DNA of 64,000 nt from assembly GCA_964016885.1 (NCBI GenBank), contig OZ024742.1, positions 191,580,001 to 191,644,000 of the forward strand. Reading direction: 5' to 3'. A model generated the notes under the pieces. The model made no database searches and had not been told where the DNA came from. It saw only the letters and a program-made list of their open reading frames with translations. Source of the DNA: Eledone cirrhosa (taxonomy: Eukaryota). Positions 13,293 to 30,535 of this stretch are shown here, piece by piece. The position numbers and the translations under genes are program-made. The stretch's first letter is position 1, and each line of letters opens with the position of its first letter.

Positions 13293-13516
13293 ACAATATA
13301 TAACCAGTTTTATAAATAAATATTGACATACCCTTTCAAAATGCAACCGTTACTTTTGGAAGACATCAGGGATAGTGGATTTGTTTATCTTAGTCAGTCG
13401 TTGTGTTACGGAGTAGGAAAAAAATATCGTAAGTTTACTCCAAATACTTGTCGAGTGCTTTATATCAGTTATAAAAATATTTGCTTGTTGTATCCCAACA
13501 ATTTAAATAGAACATT

Positions 13517-13615
<99 letters not shown>

Positions 13616-13619
13616 GTAT

Positions 13620-14565
13620 AACATTTATGAAGGAGAGAGTGGGCTGTGTAGTTGTTGGATAAGGTATATTTAAAATAAGGAAGAAAGCATGAACAGGGGA
13701 AAGTTTTCCGTCATCAGCTGTCTGCAGGGGGTCTCCGATATATTCACGCATTAAAGACACGATATCTCGCCCCAGGGCGCTCAGCAACTAAGGCAAGTTA
13801 TTGGGGGGAAAAAAGAAAGGAGAGATAGAAAATATAGGATAACAGAAGGGAAAAGGGAAGAAAAGAGAAAAGAGAAAAACAGCGAAAAAAAAAACGGGAA
13901 ACAACAAACTGAAATGTGTGTGAGCAACTCGAAGAGAGAAGACTAAATTCAACAACAATTACTGAACATAAGTTCGAGATTGTGCGGACGAGAAAAAAGA
14001 CACGGCTGACCTTTGAAGTGTAAGTGAGAAAAGAGACTGCTAGGGGATCGGGTGAATGAAAAAATGAGGTGGCAAGCAGAGAGTGGGTGAGTGAAAGTGA
14101 GAGGGAGAAAGGGAGACAAAGAAAGAAGGAGAAGAGTAGATAGCAACAAAATAGATAAGTAGAAGAAGAAAGAAGACGGGTCACAACGAAACGGGAGAAA
14201 ATGTTCCTTCATCAGTTGTCTGATATTTCCAGACATTAAAGACAAGATATCTAGCCCCAGTGCGCTCAACAACTAAGGTACCTTATTGGGGGAAAAATGT
14301 ATTCTTCGGGGTTATAAGAGGCTTAGCTCTGTTTCTCGACCGTTATATCGCTTGACTATCTCCCCCTCCGCCTTTTGGGATTCTTTCTCACGTCGTGTAG
14401 ACGCGTTCTTGAGACTAGTAAAATGAGGTATCCTCTTGATAAGTCGGCAGACCTCGCAAGGACTCTGTATCTTTATGATGTATTGTTTTTGTTTATGCCA
14501 CGAAACTACGTAGTCGAGGAATCTAGGAGCAGTTTAGGTATGATACATTTTATTACTAATTATAT
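13620..14565 (-). mobile_element. Probable Penelope-like 3' remnant with two ~110-bp direct repeats (pseudo-LTR-like)
   Basis: 13700-13810 resembles 14200-14295; each carries CTGATGA on the minus strand; residual frame ...LKNASTRREKES...; (TA)n flanks. Confidence 0.5.
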
Positions 14566-14595
14566 CTAAATGTTTCTTCTCTCTTCATAATGTAC

Positions 14596-14693
<98 letters not shown>

Positions 14694-14748
14694 TGCCAAT
14701 ACCTTAATGGGATACAGGTATACAATACCTTACTCCTATTAACCTAAG

Positions 14749-14806
<58 letters not shown>

Positions 14807-15286
14807 CATTTGATAAGGATTTCAGAAACCCAAATATTACGCGCATAAAATATCGGCTTATGTACAACTATGTAAGATAGAGTTGTGTGTTCACCCTCTT
14901 GAATAGCACTCCCAAATACTTTGGTGACCCTCATTGTCGCCATTAGTATATTAATTAGTTACACAAAAAGATTAAAATCATCGCGTTAAGTACTATTCAG
15001 TCGCTCAGAACATTTCCATTAATGCATCTACATTATAAGCTCAGTTGATATGTTATACACTTTATTAGATTTACGAAATGGTAAAATTTGCACTTGCTTA
15101 TATTAATGTATTTTTTATATTTTGTACGAGATCGATAATTCCATTGCTTCTTCTCTACTTCGTTAACGCAAGAATTCGTTGATATCCTGTATAGACGAAG
15201 AATCTATTTCAGCTGAACCGAATGTGCAGTTTCTCACCGTGTTTACATTTAAATCACTTAGAGAAAAGTCTATTTTGTCTCTGTCA

Positions 15287-15391
<105 letters not shown>

Positions 15392-15494
15392 GATATATCT
15401 TTAAAATGTTAATAACGCCCTAAATAATTTAGTACATTCTACAACTTCCCTCATCATTTTCAGCGCTCTGTCAACTTAATGGTATAGATAATTC

Positions 15495-15918
<424 letters not shown>

Positions 15919-16220
15919 ATCCGGCACCTCACCACACCCTCTACGGAACTACCTTAGGAACTTACCCACGGACATACACTCATAAATATTGTTTTCCAAC
16001 CACGCCACCTACATCCACAATACGTATAAACACCACACACACGTGTTACCCCCACTTATATACACACTCAGCCAACGGAATCAACCCCTCTGATCCCTCC
16101 TCAACCACACGCGCACACACACACCGACCTGCACGCCACCACACACACACCACACATTTTTTCTAAATGTCTCACCAACACTCCCCTACACACCCTCGAA
16201 ACTCTCTTCCCACACACTTT

Positions 16221-16256
16221 TCGCCTGACGAAGGGCTTATGCCCGAAACGTCACCC
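16221..16256 (+). ncRNA. Minimal type I hammerhead core in a PLE pseudo-LTR remnant (~15916-16338)
   Basis: CTGACGA-a-gggc-ttat-gccc-GAAA-cg-TC; palindromic ACGT stem III; weak stem I; AATAAA downstream. Confidence 0.7.
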
Positions 16257-16332
16257 CCTCTACACTCTCAAGAGCGTGAAACTAATAAACCTTTGTTCGT
16301 ACTGCCTCTCTGTTTTGTTCCCGTTCCATTTT

Positions 16333-16374
<42 letters not shown>

Positions 16375-16383
16375 TGTGCATAT

Positions 16384-16451
<68 letters not shown>

Positions 16452-16530
16452 TTACATATATAATATGCATATATACATGCATATAGATATATAACATACA
16501 TACATAGATACATACATATGTATATAATCA

Positions 16531-16635
<105 letters not shown>

Positions 16636-17499
16636 CTTACTGTTCATCAAACGTTTCCATTTTTATAGTTAATTGGTGTTCAGTCCCTGAAGCCTTGATT
16701 GTTTTAGGGGGGAAGGGGTGGGTCTTTTTTCTCTTTACTTTGGTGGCGATGACATCTGACATGATTCTGTCTTACTGAATATATAATACTGCTCAATTTC
16801 TTCCTATCTTTTCTCCCCATTGTCTTATTGAATATTTCCTTAATTCTACTCTTCTTTTTCCTGACAATCTTATCTTTCAGTATATATTACTTATAGATAT
16901 CGCTTCGTATATTGTCATTTATTTTCGTTTTTCATATTTTTACCACTAATTTTGTTTTGTTCAATCAATCACCTGCATTCTCTTTAGCTACATCTCAACC
17001 ATTTTATGATTTCTTTTCTGTCTGCTTTCATCTATATTACCTTATATACATCTTGTCAGAACGTAGAGGTTTATGGCAAAAAAGTGGCAGCAGACCCACT
17101 TATATGGGTCAAAAGATGGAAGCAGCACTTAACGGACAAATCCGTTGCAGATTACAACTACATTATAGAGTAACTAACATCTCATCTTCTCAAATTAGAA
17201 ACAATGAAATAGTTTCTGTTATTTCAAATATAACATCATTTTAGTTATAGAGCGTTAGATAGAATGCTCCACCATATTTGCTTTGACTCTCTGCGCGAAG
17301 AGTTTGAAGCCCATCGAAATCTTATTTGACTTTTCTTTCGGGAGTGAATAAAATAAAAGAACAGTTCAGTAATGGAGCAAAGCTCTTTTCCTGTAGACAT
17401 CACAACATAGTTACACAACTGGTTTAGAAGGACATGAGTATGGATGTATATATTCATGATCAGATGGGTATATAAACTCGTTAGGGAAATCATGCCGAC

Positions 17500-17710
17500 A
17501 GAAAATTGTCCATGTCTCACATCGAGAGAGCAAGACTGCAAGCACGGCAAGCACACATGCTTGAAACACTTCCACTTTGGTCATCACTGTGATTTCTGAC
17601 TGTGACCATAGTCGCTTCTCCAGCTTACCAAAAGAATCGGAAACTTTAGACAGCCGGTATCTTACGTTTTCATCAAGGGTGTTGCTTCTGAAGGGAGTAC
17701 TACCCAGATT
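17500..17710 (-). mobile_element. RTE (BovB-like) LINE RT fragment
   Basis: Minus translation [52 protein letters not shown]. Confidence 0.8.
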
Positions 17711-17807
17711 TAAATCATATATATATTTCTATGTGTATATATTTCTATGTGTATATATGCATATATATGTGTATATATGCATATATATGTGTATATATGC
17801 ATATATT

Positions 17808-17884
<77 letters not shown>

Positions 17885-17971
17885 TTGTGTGTGTGTATAT
17901 ATATATACATTCATGTAAATATATACATATATATAAATATATATACATTCATGTAAATATATACATATATA

Positions 17972-20302
<2,331 letters not shown>

Positions 20303-20574
20303 AATATATGCATATACACGCATAGAAATATATATATGATGTAAATATATGTATGTGTCTGTATGTGTGTGTGTTACGGTATGTGTGTAAAGTTAGCTTC
20401 CTAACTAGGTCGCCATTAAAAAAAATCTCATGTTCTTCACAGCTGAAAATCTTCCTGTAAACTGAACCAGTGAACCAGCGTTGGAATAAATCGAAATTCT
20501 ACTTTACTTGTGTAAAGATTAAGTTTCCCAACACAAAGGAGTTATATGTTTGACCTTGCTGCTGAGTCTGTTTA

Positions 20575-20623
<49 letters not shown>

Positions 20624-20676
20624 ATATATGTGTGTGTGTATATATGTCTGTGTGTGTGTGAGAGAGAGAGAGAGAG

Positions 20677-20738
<62 letters not shown>

Positions 20739-20989
20739 TATGATTGTTTCTGTATAAGTTTAATTGTATATGGGTTTTGTGTGTGAGTCTGTGTATTTGT
20801 ATCATTTGAAAGGTAGATTATGAAAAATATATATGTATAAAACAAGAATGAGTTGAACATACGTCAGACCTAACGACCGCTGTTCTCTTCGTCCAAACAA
20901 CAGAACAGCCTGTTTACGAAAGGGGCTGAGTGTTCCATAGCCAGCTGTAACATTAGCAGAATTTCCAGCGAGATTCTACTTGACACACT

Positions 20990-21140
20990 GTGGAGCAAGA
21001 CCAGCTCTTTGAAATAATAGTATTTTTACTATGTGGGTGGAAATAAAGTGTCTTGCTCAGGGGTGTAGCCTGCTGTCGGGAACCAAACTTACAAACTCAT
21101 GACTTTGAACCGAACTCCCTAACCGCTAAGACATGACACT
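20990..21140 (-). mobile_element. Old tRNA-derived SINE remnant
   Basis: aaagtgtcttgctcagggg...gggaaccaaact...ccctaaccgctaag, the reverse of a tRNA-like head. Confidence 0.5.
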
Positions 21141-22149
21141 TTGCATACATCCATGCGAATAAACCTGGTTTACTCGATATAGTGTAAGACCGAGTGTTCG
21201 ATTCTTAATTGCGCTTTCTCGACTTGAGCATGATATTTATTTCATGTTGCTCCTGCCCATTCTGGTGGTAAAGGTGCATTGTACCTGACATTAATAGCAT
21301 TGGTACGCACAACATCCCACTGAATCTCCCTGAGAACTATTTTTACGATGCACTTCTTGCACGTTAATGTCGTAAGCATGTTATTCCTTTGTGCAAACGT
21401 TTTGAAAACTCGTAAGAAGTGACGGAGGTCCAACTTGGTATATGTATGTTTGTATGCATTGTTGCGTGTGTACATGTATGTTTATGTGTGTATGCATGTT
21501 CGTCTGTAGGGATGCTAATAGTAACATGTAACCCGCTAAGAAATATACAGAGAAAAAACGAGTAACTGGGTATTTAGAGGAGAAAAAGGTTGGTGCTGGC
21601 AATAACTTAGAGGCAATAATAAATCTGTAATAGTTAGAGCTAACACTACAGAACATGCACAGTACCAGACGTAGAACAATACGTATGCTTATTCGAGGCA
21701 CTCCAACCACATACTTAGATTACTCTGACACCAACAGAACAAGCCCTTTCCCAATTATTATTGTTAAGCATTAGACATAATGTAATGTAGACCAATTTGG
21801 TCATGCTATTTTCGCCATATTCACTTACCTCCTATAAAATTTATCGAAGGTCATCATCGCCCTCATAATCGTTATACAACAATAATAATAATATTTTTTT
21901 TATTATCCAGAAGGGTTTACACAAAGTAAGACATTAAGGACAATACAGGACAATACAGGACGGTACAAATGGGCATTTCTCCGTGTAAAAAAAAAAAAGC
22001 AGAGGATATAACAAAAAAGAAACAATAAAAAAATCCCTAATAGGAGGGAGACTTCCGAGGGACATTCGTGGAGAAAGACCATTAAAAAAGTCACGGTGAC
22101 CCTGACCACCAGGGCAAGTGCCCTCTCCCAGTTTTCCACCTTTAATTTA

Positions 22150-25100
22150 CAGGCACATACTCAGAGTAGGTCCATTCACTCGGACTGTTCTTGCCTCTCT
22201 CACTCATCTTTCAACAAAATGCTTTCAACAAAATGCACTTCCTTCTCTACCCTGTTTTCCTTTTCAAATGAAATTTGAAAAAGTTAATCAGGGCATCACC
22301 GAAGAGGTAAGTTCTCGTCTTCAGCCCTTTCAAACGTGTCCACCATACTATCTCTTTCGCCATGGCCACCAGACAGATAAAACCTGCCTGCCCTTCCCGG
22401 CTAAAGAAAGAGGGCGGAGCAATGCTCACGATGGATTCAGATGATAGCCGGATCCGTCCTACACGCAACAACAGGTGTTCGACATAAACCAACAAGTCAG
22501 CAATGCTCGGACACTGGACGAGTGCGTGCAGCGTGGTTTGGTCGCCCTGCGCGCATCTCGGACATGCCCGGTTGACGGCACTTCCATTCCTGAAGCGTTT
22601 ATCCCGAACTGGCAAAGCTTCTCGGTAGCACTGCCAGGCCAGGGATTTCTGGAAGTTGTCCATAGGCCCCGGCCCGAAAGTTCTTCCGAAGAGATTGGCT
22701 AGTTGAGTTTCGTCGACGCCTAGAGTTTCCCCAAGTACGTCGTCGCTCTTCCCCTCCGCTAATCCTCTATAGAACGCCAAGATGGAGATTCCACCGATCA
22801 CATTGACCGACTGGTCGAGGGCTGTGAACGCTTGAAGACATTCCAATCTCCAAGCGCTCCATCTCGGTCTTCCCTTGACCCAGGACTGCAGCTCCGTCAA
22901 GGAGACGAGCGGGGGAAAGACGCGTCTACCAAACGGGGACCACACCTGATCACCCTCAAGGAAGAGGTGGAGATGTCGTAGCCTGAGCACGTATCTGCGC
23001 ATCATCAACCATGGCTTGCCCAGCCCTCCACATAGCGGGTGTTGACAGCAGATGGACCGCCTGACCATCGGAGCGAGTCCCTTCCACAAAAAGCGAAAGA
23101 GCAAACGCTCCAGCGCAGTCAGGCGAGGCTTAGGACAAGGCACGACGGTCAGGCTGTAGTAGATGACGGTGGCGATGTATCCATTCGCCAACGCCGCTCG
23201 ACCTTTCAGGGTTAGCTTCCTCTCTGCCCATTTCTGGGTGAGAGAAGCCACCATGCTCGTCACCTCGTCCAGTTTTTGTCCGTCTGGAGGTCCGGACCGA
23301 ACCAAACCCCTAGCGATTTTACCGGTCCGTCCGTCCAGCGCCCGACGACGCTGTTGGACGGCATGGACCTGCCTCTCCAGGTACTGAGCTGCAGGCCACA
23401 GACTTTTCCTGTTTGATCATTGCTCCTGTCACTGCTTCGTATTCTCTTAGTGTAGGGCCGATCGTCTCGATGTGTTTGGCGTTCGACACCACTACGGTGA
23501 CATCGTCCTCGTATGCTGACACGGATGTTCCGCATCCTAGTTCGCGCGGGATCGTCCTCAACGTCTCCAGTTTGTGCAGTAATGACTTGAGAGTCAATAC
23601 GTACAAGAGGCACGAGAGGGGACATCCTTGGCGGACTGAGTGCATGATGTAAACGATTCCGAAAGGTGAACGTTCACTTTCACCATAGAGCAGATGTTGC
23701 TGTGCATGGCAGCGATCCAGCCTCTGAAGACGGGCCCAAAGCCAGCCGCCCTCAGGACTGCCGCTAGGTAACGATGGTCGTCCCTATCGAAAGCTTTCGA
23801 CTGATCTAAATTGATCAAGGACACACCCGTGCCAGGTTCCCTAGCTACCCTCTCCACGATGTATCGCATGAGGTGGAGGTTGTCGCGGATGGATCTGTCG
23901 GGAATGGCGCATGCCTGTGCCTCTCCCACCAGACCCCCAACGACAAGTGCCAACCTCTTTGCTAGCACCTTGGCCAAAATCTTGAACTCTGTCTTTAGCA
24001 GAGTTCTGGGTCTGAAATTATCTGTTATCCCCCTTGTTCGTATCCTTTCTTAGCAGCGCCACCGCTCCTCGGCTCACAGAGCTGGGAATTCTCCCGTTCT
24101 GTTTCCAGTTGCAGTAGACGTCCGCCAAGAGGCATCCGAACAAGTCTGGCATCTGTACGTAAAGTTCATCGGGCAGACCATCCAAACCAGGCAATTTACC
24201 CCTTGTGCAGCCAGTAAATTGCCTCCCGTACTTCAACGACTGTTATCGGCTTTTCGCAACACTCCGCCTCAGTAGCCGAGAAAGGCAGTCCGTCGAGGTA
24301 GACACTAAAGTCCATCCCTCGATCCGGCCCCCCGCTGCCTCCGAACAGCTGAGCGAAGTGTCGCTGAAAAGCTTCACACATTTGCCCGGGATCGAGTAGC
24401 ATGTGCCCGTCGTGGTCCACCAAAGACCGGATCGTGGCTTTGTTGCCACGACGCGCCTCCGCCACTCGGACCCATTGAACGGCTTTCGTCCTCTCGTGTC
24501 TGAGAGCACGCACCCTAGCTCTGACAACGCAGCCTTCGTGCTTTGCATTGAAGAATTGGTCAAGGGCCAATTTCGACGCAATTACGTCGGTCGCGATGCC
24601 TTTGCTAAGCGCCTCGTCTAATTTTCTAACTAGTTCTCCCTCTGCTCTATTTTTCTCTATAGCTAAAGCGTTACTAAACTTAATGGACTCTATTCTAATC
24701 GCTCTTTTCAGAGCAAACCACCACTTGTTGTTGACGATGGCCCCCGTCAACACCCGCTTAACTAGTTCGCTAATACGGTCTCTGTAGGTCTTGCGCGCTG
24801 CTAAGGACGCGTTTAGCTTCCATTAGCCAGGTTCTCGTCTATGAAGCCTATCTACGTCAAGCGCACAGATCACGAATTTCTGGTCCGTGTAGCTGACTAT
24901 CTTGAATTGTGGACAGCCTATGCTAGACCTATCTATTTCCCTACAAAATACTCTATCTAGATATGATCTGGATGACCCTATGCGATTTGTCCAAGTCCAC
25001 ATTGGCACATTCGGGAAATCCAATCGGTACCTGTCAGACAGTTCCAAACGCCTGAGCAGGTTGGTGAGGCTCTTGTACCCTCCGCCCCTACCCGCTAATC

Positions 25101-25533
25101 CCACACAGTTCCAGCGTGCATCTAAGATCCGGTTCCAGTCGCCCACGAACACTAAAGAGCGGAACGTTCCAAGAAAGGTCTCCAGACGCCGGACGAAATC
25201 AGGCCGCCCTGCTCCTGTCGGGGCATAGACGGCCAGTAACCTGAAATCTTTCCCGTCTACGCTGGTCACGTCCAGCCCAACCAACTTACCTTCTGGGTCC
25301 AGGAAGATGGCCCGTATGGCAAGATCCAAAGCTCTCCGAAAAAGGCACAGCAACTCCTCCCCCTCAATCCGGGACGGCTGGGAGATGCGTACACATCGTA
25401 GCCGCCGAAGATCAGTGCGAAGGCCCGTGTTTCGGAGATTCTGGTCTAGTTGATGGCCACTACATCTATGTTTAGTGACCTGAGGTCTTTGAGCAGGTGG
25501 TCCTGCTTCCATTACGACCACAAGCCACGCCAT
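22150..25533 (-). pseudogene. Tx1-B ORF2 (APE-RT-ZnF), frameshifted
   Basis: Collinear ORF pieces 24823-25533, 24196-24753, 24018-24236, 23594-23977, 23319-23645 and 22247-23305. Confidence 0.88.
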
Positions 25534-25569
25534 TTATGAAATGGAGTGGAAAAGATGGGAAAGACCACT

Positions 25570-27330
25570 TACATACTTCTCGTAGAGAAATGATGGTTTC
25601 TCCATCCTTTTCACTGCTTGTGGCCTCCTCCGGAAGGATGTCCATATAAATCCTCCTGGAGAATGCTTGTCAGAAGTCTCCAATGTCTTTGGGGAATTTT
25701 TGTTTTAGTGTCGTGTACGTTTTCTGTGTGATGCGAGAGATTTGTATGTGTGGAGGTGGTGTGAACTTTTGGGGTGTTGTGTAGTCTTTTTCTGTGATGC
25801 TGGTGTTGTGTTGGATGTAGTGTAATAGTTGGTTGTTGTTCAAATTTAATGCTGTGTAATGTGTATTGTTTTGGTTGTTTTGTTTTGATTGCGTTTGTTG
25901 TGGGTTTGTTTCTGTTTCGCTTTTTGGTGACTTTTGTGGTGTTGGGGTTAATGGTGGTGATGGTGTTGGTGTTTGTGGTGATGGGGTTGGTGATGCTGGT
26001 GTGGATGGTGGCATAGCTGTCCTAACTTTTTTGTTCGATAGTTTATTTGTTTCCTTCTGTATTTTGTTTTTGGAGGGGGACGGAAGAGGATTTTTTTCCT
26101 TTTTGGCTTCTTTTTCTTTTTTTCTTTTTTTCTGATACAGCTTGCCACTCCTCGTCGTCACAAACTGTCTCCAGTTGCGATAGGTCGGGGAGTGGAACAT
26201 CCTTCACAGGCGTTGGTTTTGGTTGTGGCGTGGTGGATGGTGTAGGCGCTGGTGCTAGTTCTGGCGCGTTGGGTGGTGGTGGTGTTGGTCTTGCTACTGT
26301 TGCTGGAGTTGTTGATGCTACAGTTGCTTCTGTTGTTGCCGCTACAGTTCTTGCTGCCATTTCTGATGCTGGTGGTGTTGATGGTTGAGTCACTGGGGTG
26401 GGTAAGAGAGGTGGCTTCAACTTTTTAGCCTGAGGACAGAAAGACCTTACGTGGGTTCCTTCACCACAAAGGACACACCTAGGCCTTTAACCCTCGACGA
26501 TTACGGTGAGGTAGCTGCCGTCATTGAGGTCTATTACCTCTGGGATCTCCTCAATGCTTTTTGGTCCGCTTGGATCAGGAGCTCCATCCCTGATCCGGAC
26601 CAGTCGCCTGTTTTTCATTTGCTATTTCGATTATCTTGGTGTTGGCCTCGTTGCCGGCGACGACGGCAACCATTAGCCAGGGAATTTCGATGGCCGGTGG
26701 AACGTGGGTCACCCTGATCTTTACGAGTCTCTGGCCAAAATAGCTTGGGACGAGTGTGAAGTCGTCGTTTCTTAATGGGGCCATGGAGTGCTCTCTCGCC
26801 TCCTGTGGTGTTCCAAGCAACACGTCCACGGTTCCATATTTCTGCCCACGTCTGATGTGAGTTTTTTTTGCCCACACATGTCCCGAAGCTTTTTGGATTT
26901 GGGACTCGGATGCCCGTTCTACACGGCGCGATTTTATGTTAATCGTCCGATAAGACACGGTGCATAGGCGCCGATCCTCCATTTTATTTGTTGGGGGGGG
27001 GGCTGACCCTGTACCCGTCTTTCTTTACCATTCTTTTGGCTTCATCTAGTTCCTCCTGAGTTACCTGGATTGTTTCGCATTTTTCAACTGCTTTGATAAA
27101 TGACACGATGTTGTTATTCTCATTGTTGTTGTTGCTGTTGTTGTTATTGTTACTTCTGTTATTGTTATTTTTAGTTTCATTTGTGGTGGTGGTGGTGGCG
27201 TCAGTGGTGTTCGGTGTGGAAGAGTCCATTCTGGGTGAATCCATTTCGATGTCACGATATAATTTATTTTTTTCTTTTGTTTCTGTTGTCGCTGTGGTGG
27301 TGGTAGGGGTGGCGGCTTAAACACCTGCAG
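25570..27330 (-). pseudogene. Tx1-B ORF1 (gag-like), frameshifted
   Basis: Pieces 26984-27244, 26575-26982, 26043-26420 and 25670-26200; CCHC at ~26430-26480. Confidence 0.75.
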
Positions 27331-27740
27331 TCATTGGTAATGGCGGGAAATGAATGTCTGCATGAGACAAATTTAAATTATTGCTAGTGCTTATATTTTT
27401 AGTGTTGGCAAACAGTAATATTTACAATGGTGGAGTTGGTGTGAGGTGTTAGTGTGTGAGGAAGGCTCTCAGCTGCTTGGTGTCGTTGTGAGTCGTCCAT
27501 GATTATTTCAAAGAAATTTTTTGTTTGATAATTATAAAAGTTTAAATTTTGGGCTCAAGGTCCCAATCCTTTTGAGTGTCTTTTTCCGAAAGCAAATTTT
27601 GTGACTTTATAAACAGTTAACAACAAAAATTTTCCATAAATGGCAATTTTAAACAAACGAAAACAACAAAACTTTGCGGAGCTCACGATGATACGATTTC
27701 CTACGTAGGTCGCCAATAATAATAATAATAATAATAATAA

Positions 27741-27929
27741 TAATTGTTTCTACTTTAGGCACAAGGCCAGCAATTACCCAGTACATTACTGGTACTTTAT
27801 CTTATCGACCCCGTAAGGATGAAAGGCAAAGTTAACCTCAGCGGGATTTGAACTCAAACCGTAAAGGGACGTAACTATGCTAGAAAGCATGGCGTCCAAC
27901 CCTCTACCGATACTGCCAATTCACCGCCC
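27741..27929 (-). mobile_element. Complete ~190-bp tRNA-derived SINE with (ATT)n tail
   Basis: Minus strand: ggcggtgaat-TGGCAGTATCGG (A box)...GAGTTCAAATCC (B box)...ggggtcgataagataaagtaccag (Deu/Nin-like core)...ggccttgtgcctaaagtagaaacaattatt. Confidence 0.85.
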
Positions 27930-27944
27930 TTATAATAATAATAA

Positions 27945-30115
27945 TACATATATCATTGCTGAAAATACGGACAGTGTCAACAAGCACATTCAACTCCTTC
28001 TCACTTTTCCCGAAGAGCTTAAGATCGTCCATGAAGAGGAGGTGATTGATGGTAAGCTCTCCCTTTCCCAACTTGTATCCTGCTGTCACTTTTCGCAGTA
28101 TAATGGTCAGGGGCATCAGAGCAAGGACAAACAACGGAGGGGACAGACTATCTCCCTGGAAGATACCTCTCTTGATCTTCACGCCTCCCAAGGATTCTCC
28201 AGCTGATGTTAACTCTGTTTTCGAGGACTTCATACTTTTGCTCAACAACTGTCTGATGTTATCTGCCACCTTGAAGATCTCCAGGCTTTTGGTGATCCAA
28301 GAATGAGGCACCATGTCAAATGCCTTTTTGTAGTCTATCCATCCCATGGCAAGACCAGTGTGTCTCCTCTTGCAATTCCTCATTATCATCTTATCAATAA
28401 GTAACTGGTCCTTTGTACCACGGGACTTCTTTCGGCATCCTTACTGTTCGTCCGGTAACAAGTTGTCTGTGTGGAGGTGATGGTAGATTTCCTCAGACAC
28501 AATGTTTGTCAACAGTTTCCACATTACGGACAGACATGTGATATGTCTAAAGTTGGTAACATCATTACCTTTGATTCGGTCTTTCATTACCAGAACTGTT
28601 GTACCTGTTGTCAACCACTCTGGTACCTCACCTGACATGAAGCAGTCATTGAACATGGTTGTCAGTTTCGGGTGAAGGGATGTTTTATTTTGAATCCAAT
28701 ACCCCTGCACACCATCTGGGCCTGGTGATTTCCAGTTGGTTAGTTTTTTGTCCTACCCCTTAAGAGTTTCAACTGTGATACTCAAATCAGTTTGTTGGTG
28801 TGCCTGTTCACTAATCTCATTTTGTACTGTCTCAATCCACACTGCCTGGTGATTATGTCTAACATCCTGCACCCATATTCCTCTCCAGAATGTCTTAGTT
28901 TGTTCCGCCTCAGGAATCAAGTCGTTGCCTCTTTCTTTCCCTTCAAGCTGCCCAAACAACATATTCTGGTTACTGTCAAACATGCGGTTCTGTCTATACT
29001 GACACTGACTCTGCTCTCCTATCACCTAATGTTTGCACTCTTTGCTACAATGCGTTGCTTCAGTTCCTCTATGATAATATTTAGCTTTTTCCTCCTAGTT
29101 TTGTACTTTATTTCCAGTCTATTTTTAGTGTCTATGTTTTTTAGTGTCCCATTCAGTAGGGACTCAAGCTTTCCAATGTAATTTCACATTTCCCTGTATT
29201 GACCATTCAGTCGTTTCTTCCACCAAGGTTCTGATCTTTCTTGTTTGTTGTTTCCACTCGCTCTTATGCCAAGCAATTTCCTCACCGCATTTGCTGTTGC
29301 TTTGAGGATATTGTTGCACTGGTGAAGGCTCCTCGCCTCAAGTTATGGGATGACTTTGTTTACCTTAGCTGTTGATTCTTTTAACTTCCTGTCTACAAAT
29401 CTTAGGTTCATAGCTTTCCCACTATCATTGTTCATTTCATCTACCACTAACTTTAGGATATCAACCAATCTTGTCCTAGCCCGTCAGCATTCATCTCCTC
29501 AATGACCGTATCTTTGTTCAGGTATTATTTATTTCAACATTCAGATCATTGTCTGCTTCGGATGGTTCCTCCGTTCTCTCAACCTCATCACCTTCATTTC
29601 CCACTGGCTCGTTTTCCTGGCATACTCCACTCTCCATTTCCAACCTAATCTCTCTGCTCAGTTCCTCCAGTTCCAGCTCGCCAATCCACCCATTAGTTCT
29701 TATTACCCGAGCCTGCCCGGCCAATTTTTGTTCATCTAATTTAAATAGACCAATCTCGTTCCAGATGTTATGCATCCGTTTCCTATAGCCTTTTTCCTTG
29801 GGGTTACTCTTCAGGTAACATTACATAACAGTTCGATTCAATTCTTTCGTCCAGTTGGTTTTGGTCCCTTTCCTTCTTCTTCTTCCTCCGACACCAGCAG
29901 TATTTGATTGACAGCCAGGTCCCTGCTGCTGAGCCAGGGAGCACCTGCTGGGTGAGAGTTTGTCACATGACATTCCAGTCATTCGAACCGTTATTCGAAC
30001 TGTTTAGGTTCAACATTTAAACACTCTTATCGAGGATTGGTGAATGTATGGTTACATAACCACCGGTGATTTCATCACCCCCGATGATTTTAGGGTGGCA
30101 CTATCACGCTGTAGA
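27945..30115 (-). mobile_element. R4/Dong-clade RLE retrotransposon, 5' portion (N-terminus to RT motif 5), broken
   Basis: [26 protein letters not shown] and [11 protein letters not shown]; WLTTGTTVLVMK; N-terminal NWTKELNRTVM..CY. Confidence 0.85.
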
Positions 30116-30392
30116 CGAACATAAATAAACAAACAAACAAATACGTAAAAAAAAAACCAAATAAGCATAAGTTTCATTATAATATAATGTTTGAATGTCT
30201 GACTTAGTTGTTTTGCTTGTCTGTCTGTCTGTTTGTTTTTCTTTTCCTTTTTCTTTTCTTTACGTTTTTCGTTGCTGCTGTGCTGTTTTGATTTTGATTT
30301 TTTATTTTATTATTTTTTGACCGGGTCATCAAATCAGTCTAGTTATGTCTTTTGATGCCTTCCTCATTTAGTCGGAATACTACGATGCCTGT

Positions 30393-30535
30393 CTTAGCAG
30401 GAGGCAGTGGGAGAGAATAGCGGCGGTAGCGATAATGAGGCAGTGGTGGTGGTGGTGATGTGCTAGTAGTACTTAGCAGGAGGTAGTGGGAAAGAATAGC
30501 GGCGGTAGCGATAATGAGGCAGTGGTGGAGGTGAT
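30393..30535 (+). repeat. ~62-bp direct repeat, period 79
   Basis: cttagcaggagg(c/t)agtggga(g/a)agaatagcggcggtagcgataatgaggcagtggtgg occurs twice. Confidence 0.8.

Larger units (their letters stand above)
21893..27714 (-). mobile_element. Tx1 family B, full-length degenerate LINE inserted in (TTA)n
   Basis: ORF1 with RPRCVLCGEGTHVRSFC knuckle; APE (VYAP, GDWN, YLDR); RT (KLPGLDG, QSKAFD, QGCPLS, SAYEDD); CPRC ZnF; (AAT)n at 21880-21892 and 27715-27743. Confidence 0.93.

Noticed and set aside
27741-27929. tRNA gene
   Set aside because: A and B boxes are present, but they are followed by a SINE core and tail and occur in many truncated copies; no cloverleaf.
30030-30115. Possible HDV-like or hammerhead ribozyme at the Dong 5' end
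   Set aside because: Minus strand has GTGATGA..GTAA (two core mismatches) and I could not build the HDV nested pseudoknot.
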